Assembly: GCA_050084515.1 (NCBI GenBank)
Contig: CM114271.1
Coordinates: forward strand, 10,106,001 to 10,170,000
Direction: 5' to 3'
Origin: Blasia pusilla
Lineage: Eukaryota
DNA: 64,000 nucleotides
The notes under the pieces are model-generated. The model saw nothing but the letters and a program-made list of their open reading frames with translations. It searched no databases and was not told the DNA's origin. Positions 37,165-51,300 of this stretch are shown here, in pieces. The stretch's first letter is position 1. Each line of letters opens with the position of its first letter. Made by a program: the position numbers and the translations under genes.

Positions 37165-37942
37165 TTCGGATACCGTTTCCTTTAACGAATAGAGAAACAG
37201 GCACCATTCGGGTTGTGTGAAGCATCATTTTGAATTTGACGGCCAGAAATTTCATCTTACCAGAATGTGGAGACTGACATTACATATGAATTAACGTGTG
37301 GTTACCATCAGATGTTCTTATGTGAGGCAGGAATCTCGAGAAGCTAGGTTCTTGTCGAGGTTAGATGTGTCCATGTTTCCTTGGAGATTTCATTCTTAGG
37401 TCTGCTGACTCTGCTCCCTGTCCTAGAGTACACTGTTGTTGACTGTGCAACTGTACGTAGGCAGTGGTAACAAGTTTGCGGCCAACACAATTTTAAACAC
37501 GAAGGGACGTCAAAGGAAGCAAATATTAGACATCCCTGGAATGGCATTAGCTAGGTAGATATTGCTTTGTTTAAGGAGTTTCAACGAGTTGTACTCATGT
37601 TAAACGATGAAGTCGGGTATATTGTTGCAACTTGTAGTAGTAGGATTGTTCCTTCAGGATGATATATTTGAGTGCACATGTTGAACATGGCCAATGGGCT
37701 GAAACAATTATAATCAAAACTGTGCACAATAGGAGCTTCTTTTAAAGTAGGTTACACTCGTATGATACGAACATGTAGAGACGATCTTGTTGGAGTAACA
37801 AAATTGCCATATGGAGTGCAAGAGTATGTGGAAAATATAGCGATTCTTCCACATAAAATTTCATTACATCGGAAATGAATATGAAGATTTTTTTTGACAC
37901 AACATTGCAATGATATTCATTGATGGATTGAGAATAAAGGGC

Positions 37943-40220
37943 TGTCACATCTTATTTCGACGTAGGTAGAGTTCCATCGCATGGACGACATAGAGATTTA
38001 GCGGGCTGTTTGGATATAACTTCATCTCGAGATGTCGGAAGATAGGAAGAATCACCGGAGTTGGAGATTGCATGACCTGGTTCATGAACGCCTCCCCAAA
38101 GTGATAAACTAAATAGCAAGTGAACCAGCGCCTATCTACAAAGAATACCTTGACATGGTAAGGATTGAGGAAAGGAAAGTCGGGCACAACTCGTGCTCCA
38201 CCCCTATCCATGCTTGACAGAAATTCTCTACTCTCCTCAAGAATGGGTTTTGGCGGAGTTATTCTCCCAAGAGGGGTTATCCACTCTCATTGGGAAAGTA
38301 ACAAGCCAAAACATCCGCTATTTTAGTTTGACTAAACTCCTCTAAGGTGACAAACCTCTCATCCCCACACACACTTACCACACTCTAGAAACCTCTCTAA
38401 GAATAGACCATGGTCAAGTTACTCTCCCAAGAGGGGTGATCCACTCTCATTGGAAGAGCAAGCAATCCCAAAATCATACACTCAAGAGAGACACGAGAGA
38501 CTCAAAATGTGGAATAGAAGGTGATGAACCCTTGAAGGTCCCTCCTCTTTATATACTCACAAGGGATCCACAAGAGTAAGAAATAGACTTATCTTATCTT
38601 GTGCCACATGGCTTCCTCTCAAGGCTTAGCCAATCACATTTTGACACAAATAGATTTCCTCTTATCTCTTCCAAAATATCCTCTTTTACCCACTTGATAT
38701 TTTCCAAATTATCCCAACTAACCTAACCACCAACCAAGACTACTTTTTCTTTTTATTAAAGCAACTAATTTACTTTTATAAAGTCATCTTTTATTTATTA
38801 CCTCCTTTTCTAAAGTTGGGCCCGCATAAAAGAGGCACCATAAAGAGGTTTAAACATAAGAATTTCCTTTTTCTAAGCCAATTTACTTAATACTAATGAA
38901 ACTCTATCTAACACTTAATAACAAAGGAATTTACATACTGGTTGATTTTACTATACGACACCATAATGGCGGCAATGGCAACCAAGGGGTGGACAACGGC
39001 CGAACGCGGCTCTGAGCAACGCTAGGCGATGATAGCGACCGACGGTGGATCATTGACGATGATGGTTGACCATTGATGGTGATAGTTGACAATTTACGGT
39101 AGACCATTGATGGTGACTATAACGGTGATGACTGCCGCCGGCCCGGCGGCTGGTTTAGGGTTTGAACAATTTAACCCTAAAAATTGCCTAGCAATGGTAG
39201 TTTGGCAAGATTGACCATAACTTTTTGCTTGCAACTTCAAATTGTGCACTATTTATTGTGCAGCCTGCACAGCTTCATGACCTACAATAGTGTAAATTTG
39301 TTTTTAGAATCAGACATTCCAGTAAAAAAAAACGGGGATTGTTGTAAAGCCCAATGTCTCTTTCTCCTACAAAAAATTTGGCGGCGCTTCTGCGCTGATT
39401 TCTCCCAACGAAAATGTAAAACATTCTAAGAGCACAAATCAAAAAGCTACATGGTGCTCCCAAGAGCATTGGCATGGGGCAACTTGCCCCCATACTCAAT
39501 CCCTATAAAAAATTGGGCAGCTCTTCCGCGCCATTCTTCCACAAAAAAAATCGGCAAAGGAAACATCACAAGTAAGCGGCTCTTGCTCCGGTGAGCACTC
39601 CCACAAACCGCTGAATAGGGAATACGATCCCCAACTTGCAAAACTAGTGAGTGACCAGTGAGTTGCCCCATGAAGCTCTCTCACTCACTCATTCACTCTT
39701 TGTAAAATAAGATCCAATCTCTCTCACAACACCATAGTTCTCACATGTGTGCACTCTCATATGTCTCTCTCAATGTCAAACCAAACCCACTCTCCTAATG
39801 AGAGGCTTGGGTTACACAAACAAGGCAAGCAAGACCATAACTCCGCCGCCTCATGCCAAGAGGTTCAACAAAGAGAGAATGAGCTCTCAAGCTCTCTCTC
39901 TTTGAGGTATACCCCTCCCCTCTCCCAAGCTCTCTCCATGGTAACCTATGCTCCCAAGTCACCTCCTTGGCTCTTGACCTGATGTAGGAGGTCAAGGGCC
40001 ACTTACCAAAAATAGAAAGTCGATCATATACTCAAAATGGTATGTACCTAAAATAGTAAGTTCCTCAATATGGCTCCAAATGAGTTGAAACAAAGGGGAA
40101 ACCTGCTCTCTCAGGTTTCCCGGGGCCTTACCAGGTCATCCTCAACCTACTAAACATGTCCTCCACTACTCACGAAGGCGCTCTACTAGATCTCACCGAT
40201 CTATCCTAAAAGACGTGACA
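37943..40220. mobile_element. ~2.3-kb LTR-like segment of another family
   Basis: Inverted termini TGTCAC...GTGACA and no convincing coding sequence. Its right end resembles 61664-61750 and an internal block resembles 60400-60465. The flanks AGGGC/GCCAC do not form a TSD. Confidence 0.5.
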
Positions 40221-40227
40221 GCCACGA

Positions 40228-42836
40228 AATGTACAAAGACTACTTAAAGAGTAAATCATAAGAGTGAGGGATCATTCCCTTGTGTCTTGCGTTTTCAGTA
40301 CTTTTTTTGATTGTGTATAGAATTTCTTTAGGGATGATCCAAGCCAAGAGTCTGGTACCCTCGGAAGCTTGTAATACTTTCTAGTTCCCTCCACTCTTTG
40401 ATGCACGAGAAGTGTCTTCATTCATTCTTTTTGGTTTGCGGAGTTGGAGGTCAAGCTTATTGGGCTACAGAAAGAATGAGGGTTGAGTCTTGGATTCAAA
40501 AATTGAGAGGATAATCAAGATAAAGTATGAAAGATGTTAGATAACGAGTAACTTGCCATGATAGATTAAGTTCTGAAAGTAGGATGAGCCACAACCTTCT
40601 TGAGGTCTCAATGAGGTCCTTGTGGAAGCTTTGATATACAAGATTCGTAAGAGTCTTTCCCAACACTTGAAAAGAGTGGTGCTTGGAGGGAAGAAAACCA
40701 TGTTGTTCTTTTGTACAAGTGAAGACTTAGTCATTGCAGTTAGTTAAGTGCTTAGTGAAGAAGGAGTTATGCTTGATAATTCTTATAAAACCTCTCTTTA
40801 CTTAGGAAATAGTGGTCTCTTGGGAACAAAGTTAATACTTTGCGATTAAAAGAGTACCTTTTTCCTTGAGTTGAAAATTACATAAGGAAGTAGGTAGGAA
40901 ATTTTGGCGCCATTTTCGGGGATCACCAGATCTCCCAAGCAAGGAGAGGTAGCGAGAGAGTGGGGTATGGGAGTAGAACAAATTTCCAATCCCCCACTTG
41001 GCGTTGGTGTTGGACAGGTACTGTTGGCGGAAGATTATCCCACGTAGAGAATACTATGGAAATAAGTAGCTCATCCAAAGATTCTTCAGATCCATGGAGT
41101 GCATTGAAGCCTTGTGTGTTGGGTGAGGCGCTTACCAAGGAGATCGTTGGAAGTTTTGGATGGATAAGGAAAGAAGTCTGGAGATGTGCGAGCAGAGAAC
41201 CAAGAGACGAAGAAGAGAAAGAGAAGAGTGACGTGCCTAGAAACCACCAGGGACACCTGCAAAGAATCGTTCCCCTCTTCGACCGAAGCAACCTGGGCGA
41301 AGATGATAAAAGAGGAAGTTGCCTGAGCCTCTTGATTCACTGGCAAAGACAGACCCAGATAAGGAGTGGGATCCGTCCGGTCCATAATAGCTCGAACAGA
41401 GAGAAGGATAAAGGTACTACAGGGGACTTGCCTTCCCCATCAGGTGGCGGAAGTCCTCTTAGTAGCGAAGACAACAAAGCACCGATGGCGCACCCACGCA
41501 AATTATTGTTGAGGTATCCCACCTCTGCTTGAGGTGAGCGGGACGATGCAGATGAATTCATGTTGGAGTTTATCCATGTAGCAAAAGCGAATGGAGAGGG
41601 CTCAGATAAGGATCTTCTTAGAGTCTTCACTGGACTCTTAAAGAAGCGTGCCAGTCAGTGGTATGAGGGGATAGAAGAAGAGCACCTAGAAACTTGGAAA
41701 TCCTTGCTTAAGGCATTCCTTCATGAGTTTCGGGACCTAGAATTTGATGATCGCCCACTAACTAAGCTCTGTGATCTCAAGAGGAGGAAGAAAGAGACTT
41801 TGAGAGAGTATAGTCAAAGATTTTGTAGCTTGGTCGGCAAGTTGGAGCACACCACTGTGTCACAATTGGTGGATTGGTATGTGTCTAGTCTATCCAAGGA
41901 GATGGATCGTTACTATCGCAGAGGATATAGAGACTCATTAGTAGTTGTCACTGCCTCTATAGAAGCCTACGTGGCCTCGGAAAAATCCAGGAGGATGCAG
42001 AAGAAAAGACACGAAAGGAAGTGGACTAGTTCCTCATTTGGAGACTCTTCGTCTTGGTCGAACTCCTCAAATACCTCATCAGGAAGTACCAGAAAAGACT
42101 TAGAGTCTGAGGAAGACTCCAAGGGCAAAGGCAAGAAGAAAGCGAGAAGCCCAAAATATTCTTTGTCTTCAAGGCAAGGGCACAAGAACAAGAGTGTAAA
42201 ACCGGTTAGCCGTAAATCAGTGAGTGCCGCTCGCAAGATAAAGAAGGATGGGGAACAGTATGCAATCTATGGATTGACTAAAAAAATGGCCAAGCTAAAG
42301 GTACATCTGGCGGCCCTGAAGGATTATAGAAGAAGGCTGGGTCTTATGCGGCTTAACATATGGTGTAGTTCCTTTGGAACTCAAGGGCATACACTGCAAG
42401 AATGCCCACTCCAACGAGATTTACGTTGGGTACAAGAAGACCCATCCATGGAGGAAGGATGGTATGAAGCAGATGAGTGGGAGGGTTGCTATGCAGTTTA
42501 AGTAGTCCCAGTGAGTGGTACTCCTCGTAGCTGGATTCCTAGATATGTACCTCTCGAGTATGGAGAGTAGAGGCCTCTACGAGAGATTATGGGACCAACA
42601 GCTTTCACCCCACCTACCAAAGAAATTGTTGGTATAATTTTGGGGCAGCCAATGACTGGGCAAATAATTGTCCAAACCCAAAGAGACAAGTGGGGTTGAA
42701 TCCCCTATGTGGCAATTGCAAGAAAGGAGGGCACACTGCAGTGGAATGCGTGCAGCCTCTAGTACCAAGACTCTTGGTGAAATATGTAACTACTCCACCA
42801 GCGCCGGAAGAGGCCAAGAATGAGGTTAATGTGCAA
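40228..42836 (+). mobile_element. Athila-like element fragment: partial 5' LTR (to 40882), PBS (40905-40922), gag pseudogene (41485-42836)
   Basis: Colinear homologue of ~13000-15630; PBS TGGCGCCATTTTCGGGGA; cut at 42836 by an inverted LTR. Confidence 0.87.
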
Positions 42837-44330
42837 TGTAATGTACAACCCAAGGAAAAAGGTACTCTTTTAATCGCAAAGTATTAAGTTTGTTCCCAAG
42901 AGATCATTGTTTCCCGAGTAAAGAGAGGTTTTATAAGAAAAATCAAGAATAACTCCTTCTTCACTAACTTTACTGACTAACTACAACGACACTGCCTTAC
43001 AAGTACAAAAGATTAAAAGGATTTTCTTCCCTTTTGGATAAGACTCTTCTCAAGTGCACACAAAGACTCTTGCAAATTTGCAATAACAAAGCTCCACGAA
43101 GACCTCAAAGAGACCTCAAGAATGGCGGCTCACCCTACTTTTAGAACTAAATCTGGCACGGTGGGTTAGTCACTGTCTAACAGCTTTCCTATGCTCTTCT
43201 TTTGGACTCTCATTCCTACTGCAGCCCAATAGAATCCACATTCAATTCCAGAAATTAGAAACTATGAGAGAAGACTCTTCTTTTGCATCAAAGAGTGGAA
43301 AGAACTTGAAAGTATTACAAGCTCCAGAAAGTAAAAGAGTCTTTAGCTTGGATCATCCCTCAACAACCTATCCACCAAAAATCCTCACAAGTACTGAAAA
43401 ATTTCAAACGTAAGGACATAACCCTTCTTCATCTGCTCAATCACAAGTATGTGGAAGATTCAAGACATCAGGGAATGACCCCTCCTTCTACTAATTTGCT
43501 CTTTAAATCGTCTTTACAATCTTTGATTTATCTGCCTATTCTGATCTAGATTTCTAACTGCTAATCCTAACCTACTCTATTCAGATTTTCCAACCCTCCA
43601 TCTTTCTAAGTTGGTTGATTGTCGTGATGTTTTATTTCTGCTCCATTTTTAACCGCTGTGCCGCTCCATTTCCGACTTCCAAAATTGCCACGACGATTCA
43701 TTCTTCCCATTTTTTCGCGCTCTTTGTAGTGTTTGTAGTCTTTATCTTCGCAGTCCTATCTTTGCGCAAAGACTCTTATCCTTAGGTTGCCGCGGAGAGT
43801 CCTCCTTTCTACTTTCAATCGACTGTACCCAAAGCATTCTTTATCTTTCTACTCCTATTCTTAATACATCTTCTCGCTTTGTGAAGACTCTTTAACTTCT
43901 TCTACTTCTTCCTCTTCCTTCTTTGAGTTCTTAGTCTTTGCTCTTGAGTCTTCACTCTTGATTCGTTGTACCTAGTCTTTGCACAAAGACTACCTTCATT
44001 CTCCTTTGCAAAGAAGCTTTTTCTAGTCTTCATTGACAATCTTTTACATTGTTCTTCCTACGATCTTCATTGCGAAGCACCCGTGCCTCTTCTTCTAACT
44101 TCTTTGCCTATCTTTTCCTACTTTTACTCAATTCTCACTCTTCCAAGACAGTCCTAAATCTTCTAACATCTCCTGTCCTCCCATCAGAGCTATGTCAATC
44201 AAGGTTTTCATGCAATTTCAGTAAAGTAAGACTCTTTACTTCCGGTATTGAGTCTTTAGTCTTCACCCGAGGAAGATTTCTGTAAAAAAAATGCTCTTTT
44301 TGTCAAAATTTCAAAAACGTGGGCACTACA
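42837..44330 (-). repeat. 3' LTR of an Athila-like element
   Basis: Plus strand TGTAATGTACAAC...GGGCACTACA; PPT (sense GAGTGAGGGGG-TA) at 44343-44331. Confidence 0.85.
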
Positions 44331-44439
44331 TACCCCCTCACTCAAATGTTCGCCGTCCCGCGAACACTCTTCTCGATTCTACTCTACTCTTGCAATATTC
44401 CTAAGGACTCCTATCATCTGGTAGTTCTACAATTTCTAC

Positions 44440-47296
44440 ATCATAGGGAGGTCAGCCATGAATGGTCGATGGTCGGTTGACAATACTTGGCGTGTTATTC
44501 TTCATCCTCTCGCTCCACCCTGCCACTACCTTCAAAGAAACTAATACTATGTTTTGCACTCTTACTTTCGAAGGTACGAAAGGCGCTATGGGCGGTTCTT
44601 GTAAACATGGAGGTTTTGCCACCTCAGGTAATATAGCAGTATGCTGCTGGAACTGCCTCTTCCAATACTGGTCGCCATACTCCAGCTCCTCCGTGATTTG
44701 GGCTTCAAAATTCTTGATTGCCTCGTTGATAAGATCCTGGGCCTCTTAGAGTTCTTTGCGTACTTCTGCCCTAAGTTTCTGATTGGCCTCTAGCATTACT
44801 ATCTTTGCTGAAGCTTGGCTACATTGAGATACCAAGTCACTATTTGTCTATTGTTGATCCATAATCACCTTCCCCTTCTTCACACTCTCCAACATCGCAC
44901 TCTGCAGATTGGCTTGAAGAAGATCAATATGCTCTTGCACAGACTCTTGTAACTGTGCAAAGATCTGATCCACTCCGTGCTCAATGTTGATCGCAAAGCT
45001 CTACCCCTTTTGGACATTGCGCGCTTCATACCGGGCTTCTACTACTTTTTCTTCGGCCTGGAGAAGAGCCTTCCTAAGATTTTCGATTTCTTTCTTTTGC
45101 TTCTTTGGTTTCTTAGTCTTTGGTCTTTGTTCACAATCTTTGCACAAAGACTCCCTTGGATCTTTTGCTGGAGAGAAGAAGTCCTTTATAGGTCTTCGTT
45201 AATAGTCTTTACCATCTTCCCACACTGCGGTATTCACCACGAAGCACCCGCGCCTCTCCTACTTCTTCCTTGTCATTCTCCTTTCCTACTCTTACAAAAA
45301 TTCTCATTCTTGTAGAACAGTGCTCTATCTGTCACTCTGTCTTTTCCCTTCAGCGGAGTTCTCCCCATTCCACACTTCCATGCTTCAACACAATTTCTGT
45401 GAAGCATTCTTCTTTACTTCCCGTTTTGAGCCTTCAATTTTGGGAGGAGGTCGGCCATGAATGGTCGATGGTCGGTTCACAAGGTTGGACGTTGTGTTCT
45501 TCATCCATTCTTTCCACGCTTTCACCACTCTCGAAGAACCCAAAACCTCATTCTACACACGCACTTATGTTGGAACAAAGGGTGCGATAGGTTGGATTTG
45601 TAGACATGGTGGTTCTTCCACTTCTGGTAACGCCGCCGTATCTTCTTCAAACTGTCGCCGCCAATGTTGATCAACATACTCCAGCTCTTAAGTGAGCTGA
45701 GTTTTGAAGTTATGGATTGCTTCCTCTATTAATTCTTGTGCCTCTTCGGGTTTGACATGGATTTTTTTGCAAAGCTTATGATCTGCCTCAAGTACGGAAA
45801 TCTTGCCCGTGGCTTGGCTCCACTGAGAAACCAAGTCAATATTTGTTTTTTGTTGATCTATAAGAAGCTTAGACTTCTTCACGTTCTGCAACATTGCGTT
45901 CTTGAGTCCCGCCTGGAGAAGGTCAACTTGCTCTTGTAACTTCACCTCGTGGAGAGAAGACTACTGGAACTGATCGTGGAGCAGATCCGCATCGCAATCT
46001 ATGTCGATCGCCAGGCTTTCCCACTGCCTTGAATTTGTGGATTCATACTTTGCTTCCACCAATTTGCTCTCTACTGTGTGGAGAGTCTTCTTCAACTCGT
46101 TGATTTCTTGTTCTTGGGTGCGGGTCTATCGTTCCATGGACTCACGAAGCGTCCTTTGTAACTGTGTTTCCACCGCTTTGTGTTGCATCTTTGTGATGAC
46201 GGTTAAGTAGGCCTAAGAAATAGCGCTAGCTGGAAAACTACCAATCCTCTTCAATTCCTGCAAGACAAGCTCAGAAATACCTATGAACGAAGTCAAGTGC
46301 TTCATCATAGTATTCATAAGTTGCACCGCAAACCATTTATCCCATGCTTGAAGGAATCACCGCCGGCTCAACTACCGCTGCGACTCATGGCTCGGGCTCT
46401 TCCTCTTCTGGTTCTTGGAATGCAATCTTGACCCTCTTGGGCCTTGAAAACTGTGGTAAAGGTGAGGGAGGTTGGGACACTCTAAGGCATTTTTGCAGCT
46501 TCTCTTCTACCCAAAGCTGATACTTCGGTCATCCTTGGTTTCCTTACTACTGTAATCGCGATCCAATCTGCTGCTTTGTCCGATGTTACCTCATCAACAT
46601 GTATGTACAGTCGAATCAAGAAGGGAGAAAGATAGGACTTTTCTCCCGGCGTCAATGATCCAACTAAGTCGATTACATGGGCATGCACAAGACCTGCAAA
46701 ATCTACCCCAGGTTCGTGTGGATGCAAAAGCATATTCCAGAGGATATAGCATTGCTTCACAAGTTTGTTACTCATGTAATAAGTACGACCAGGATTGAAT
46801 AAGATCTGATACAACTTACAAAATTGCGCAAACAAGGGCGGAGAGAGAATTTGTGGCTTGTAGCCATTTCTACCAAGGCCCTTTGCTGTCACACACCCTA
46901 ATTCCTCAAGCTCCTCTTGCATAACCAGAGCATCACAGTCCAATTTGTCTGTGGGCACCGTAGGTAGAACATACGCCAAAGATCGGGCAACCAAGTGTCG
47001 GGCTGGGCTCTGTGCTTGTATCCCATCTTCATGAATTTGTTCACCCTTGGTATCGAGTGCAATTCTGTGAGCAAAGCCAATAAATATTGCGACCAATCTG
47101 CTCAAAAGAACTGCCAGAAAGAACGCTCCTCTAGTGCTTCGCGAAGCTCTCTTGAAATCCCCAAAGTCAGATACACGCCGCACTTCATGAGAGCCGTGGC
47201 AGAACCACGATCCATTCTTCCCTTCCTTCCTCTTGGTGCGCAAGATTTGGTGATCACATGCTTAAGTCTACTCTTGACGGTTCCTCGACTTGCAGT
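44440..47296 (-). pseudogene. Athila-like 3' accessory ORF remnants (two stacked, diverged coiled-coil-like C-termini plus N-terminal domain), with an LTR fragment at ~45080-45440
   Basis: 46482-47296 is homologous to 8530-9622, and 44447-45070 resembles 45441-46090. The start codon appears displaced to 55483-55485 by the chromovirus insertion. Confidence 0.7.
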
Positions 47297-48164
47297 TGTC
47301 GCGACCCTCATGACCAAATGAGTGCCAAGCGGAACATCGGAACATTAGCGGGCTCACGCTAAGATGGTTTGCGTGTTGGAGTAGTCTCGAAGAGGAGACA
47401 AGAGACGAAACGCGAGCGAGGCTTCACGTTTCAGATGTTGTGGTCGCGACCAAGAAACCTGGACCAAACGCGGAATGAGACTTGAAAGAAGTCGAGTCTA
47501 GAAAGTGGGTTGCCAAAAGGAAGAATCCGGATTTGGAACGCCACTAGCGTTTGAGAGTTTCCGACTGTATTTTTAACCATAACTTTTAGCACCAAGATGC
47601 GTTTGGATTAAATAAGGGTGCGTTGGAAGGCTTACATAAAGCCTCTTCAAACGCACTAAAGATCTTTGCAAACGCAGGGGCAGCGGCTGAGAGAAAACCC
47701 GGAAACAATTGTAAGTGGAGTCGGGTTGAGGGCCACAATGAAGGGCCCGACCCTCCTTTTCCAAAGGGGGGGTTATTTGAGAACCCCAGAAGTACTAGTA
47801 AGGGGGAAGGTCTCCGAGAGTGCTTGGAACCCGAACGCCACTTTGGGCGCCGCGGGGCGGCTCAAGGGCATGGAAGGGAACGCGAGTTTGGGAGTTGGGT
47901 TGGAAAACCTGCACCGAGTCTATTGAGGCGATTTTAGACATCCCTCTTGGATTTCACCCCGCGACTCAATTACTTGGGTCTCGGTTAGGAACTCACACGA
48001 GGTCCGTTGAACAGTTGGGATCGCTACGCGCGCAAGTGCCATTTCAGATCCCTAGACTAACCAAGAAGTCTGTTCCAAGTCTTGAAGGACTTGCCATGTT
48101 TTGGAAACTAGGAACTAAGGAAGGTTGAGCTTGATTGACGTTCAAGGAGAGTAGGGGCGCGACA
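47297..48164 (+). repeat. Chromovirus 5' LTR
   Basis: Direct repeat of 54521-55477, followed by the PBS. Confidence 0.93.
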
Positions 48165-48313
48165 AGTGGTATCAGAGCTTATCCTTGGTGAGCGAGAACT
48201 TGGGGTCGTGGGATCAACCGAACGCTTGGGAAAACTCAAGGTAGCGGCTAGACTCAGACGCTCAAGGAGGGACGCAAGAAACGAGGAGGAGATCTGAGTG
48301 AGTTGGCTTGAAA

Positions 48314-51300
48314 ATGGCGATCGAGGGAGAACAACCCAAGAAGTGCCGAATCAAGCGAAGTGAACCAAGAGAGGAACCAATGCCGGACCGTGAAGCTATG
48401 GAGGAGAAGGAGACTCCCGAAGAGCTAAACGCCAGTCGTGAGGACGTTCCAGAGGCGATGCCTTCCGCGGGGCCATCGGGCCCAAACTGAGGGGAACGGA
48501 CCGAGTCAAGCCAGACGTTGGATTTGTTGAAGCTGTTGGTGGAGCAGATGTCCCAGCAAAGCCAGCGGATTGCAGATTTAGAGGCCACCTGAACTCCAGG
48601 AATGGGCAAGAAGCTCTGCAAGACAAACCTGTCCACGCCATTCACTGGGGTGGGGCGCTCACGGAAAGTGAAGGATTTCCTTACGGAACAGGAACTGTAC
48701 TTTGAGGCGCAGAGGGCAGTTGAGCAGGACAAGGTGACTGTAGCCGTTACTTTCCTGAAGGATCATGCGCTACAATGGTGGACAGCTCAACGAGAGGAAT
48801 ATCTGGGCGGCAAGTCACCTTTGAGTTGGGAGGAGTTCAAGGTGTTGATTGGGGATCGATTCACTCCAGAGGACCAAGGGTTGCGCGACACGGTGGAATG
48901 CGTGCGGATGCGGCAGAGTGGTTCCTTTAGCGCGTATGTGAGGGAGTTTAGTGCAAAATTGACTTCTATTCCAAAGATGGATGAGCACGCGAAGAAGGCT
49001 ATCTTCATTAGTGGACTCAGGCCAAGTGCTGAAAAGGCCCTTTACCGAATGCCGACGTTGCTAGATACCTGCGCGGATCTTCTGAAGCTGGCGGAGCGGA
49101 TTGGGGAGACGATGAGGTCCAAACCAAGAAACCCTTTGAGCCAAAAGGTTTTTCGAAGAAGTCGAAAAATAAGGAGGCATTCAAAAGAGTGCAGAGTGGG
49201 GGCCAAAGACGATCCAGAGAGAATGCGCCTGGCAACAAAACGAGTGGAACTTCATGCGAAGCCGAGAGGAGGACAACACTCAAAGTCAGGGAACGGCAAG
49301 GTCATATGCTACAAGTGTGGTGAACCGGGGCACCTGGCGAAAGTGTGTTCGAAACCAAAGGTTAGTAATGGGAGTATGATTGCATTTGTTGTTAAGCATC
49401 TGTTGGCGGGCGATCTCGAGACGTCCCTTCAGGTCACCAAGAGGACGCACAATTTGGTGTACCTAAGATCCAAGATTGCTGATCGCGATGTGTTTTTGCT
49501 CGTGGATACAGGTGCTTTGCACTCCTTCCTAAGCCCAAGAATCGTGAAGGAACTGGGGTTGTCTACCTCTAAGGCGGATGAGCCCATTTGAGTAGGATTT
49601 GCAGGAGGCAAGTCTCATCGGACTTCTGATTTGGTCTTGGGTTTGATAGTAGGATGCGGGGTATTCGAGTTGAAGGAGAATTTCACTGTGTGCGAAATGG
49701 ATGACATTGACGGAGTCTTGGGGAATACATTCCTAGATGCGTATGAGGTGGAGTTAAGACGTAGAACCTTGAGGTTGAGCGTCTTGCTAAAAGACAAACG
49801 GTTACAGGTGCGGTTGGTCCGTGAGGTTCCGGCGAAAAAGGAGTTAGTGAACTCGATTACAAGGAGGAGCATGACCGAGTTGGAGGATGGATTTCTCTGC
49901 TTGATGAGACAAGTGGAGGAGGCTACAAGCAGAATACGCAGAGATCAGGACACTGCTTCAAGGAGAATCCCAGAACCACTCCAGGAAGTGGTCAAGGAGT
50001 TTGAGGATGTCTTGACAAATGAGCTTCCGACTGAATTGCCGCCACATAGAGCCGTCGATCATAAGATAGAGATCATACCTGGTTCCCAACCGCCTTCAAA
50101 AACACCATATAGGTTGAATCAGGAGGAACTTCTTGAGTTGAAAAGGCAATTAAGTGAGCTCTTGGAAAAGGGTTACATTAGGACTAGCAAGTCACCTTCT
50201 GGAACACCAATTCTGTTTGTAAAGAAGAAGGATGGAAAGATGAGGCTGTGTGTTGATTACCGTGCGCTGAATAAAGTGACGGTTCGGAGCAATTATCCTC
50301 TTCCGAGGATAGATGATCTCTTCGATAGGCTGGCAGGCGCGAGATATTTCACTAGGATTGACTTGAAGTCAGGATATTACCAGATTCGGATTGCCGAGGC
50401 AGATGTGGAGAAGACTGCGTGTAGGACAAGATACGGTTCCTTTGAGTTTGTAGTGATGCCTTTCGGTCTATGTAACGCGCCTCCAACGTTCACCACATTG
50501 ATGAACTCCATTTTTCACAAGGAAATGGATGAGTATGTTATTATCTTTATTGATGACATACTTATCTATTCGAAGTCACTAGAAAAGCACATTCGACATG
50601 TGAGTGTAGTAACGGATTTCTATCAAGAGTTCAATAAGAAGTATCAATTGATCTGAATTCGTTCCCTTTCAGAATAGGATCTGGATCAGAAATTACATTT
50701 AAAGATTTTGAGTTGATTCTGTGTAGTCTATGCATCAACAAAGCATAAGGTGAATTTAACAGCAACACCAGACTGAGTGATTAACGTGTACATCTGAACA
50801 GGATTTTAGTTATAAGGAGTTTAACTTCTCCTAACATGGAATTAAATCGAAGGGAATGTCAAATTCTAGAGACAGGGGAGTACATAAGTGTTCTTGACCA
50901 AAAGAAGAGACTACGGTGAGACATATGATCTCCCTCTGCCAAACTCATTCGAAACAGAGATGAGGGGAGAAATGATTCTCAATTAATACGTCTGCTCTTT
51001 ACTCCTGTCTGAAGATACTGTTATCTGTCTCTAATTCCATCCTCAAAGCCATCAGTAATAAGTGAGACTGATTTTGGAGTTCAAAGAGAAATAATTCGTC
51101 ATTCCAAGAAGAGCAACTAGTATTGATTCTATGGAATTGGTCAGTTTCGTTCTTCCATGGTTGATCTCGAAAGGTGAGAGTCTTCTATCACAAGAGCAAC
51201 TCTTCCAGGTAAGGATCTGACTATGAAAATGAAAAAAGACCCTTTCTTTGACTTCCGGACTATGGTTTCAAGGGGTCGAAAGCTTATACTCATAACTGTA

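Noticed and set aside
39040-39135. Short degenerate GATGGT/TGAC tandem repeats as a CRISPR-like array
   Set aside because: Low-complexity repeats with no constant repeat/unique spacer structure and no cas genes; the context is a eukaryotic LTR.
47573-48128. ORFs repeated at 54797-55307
   Set aside because: They lie inside the chromovirus LTRs, so the repetition just reflects LTR duplication.
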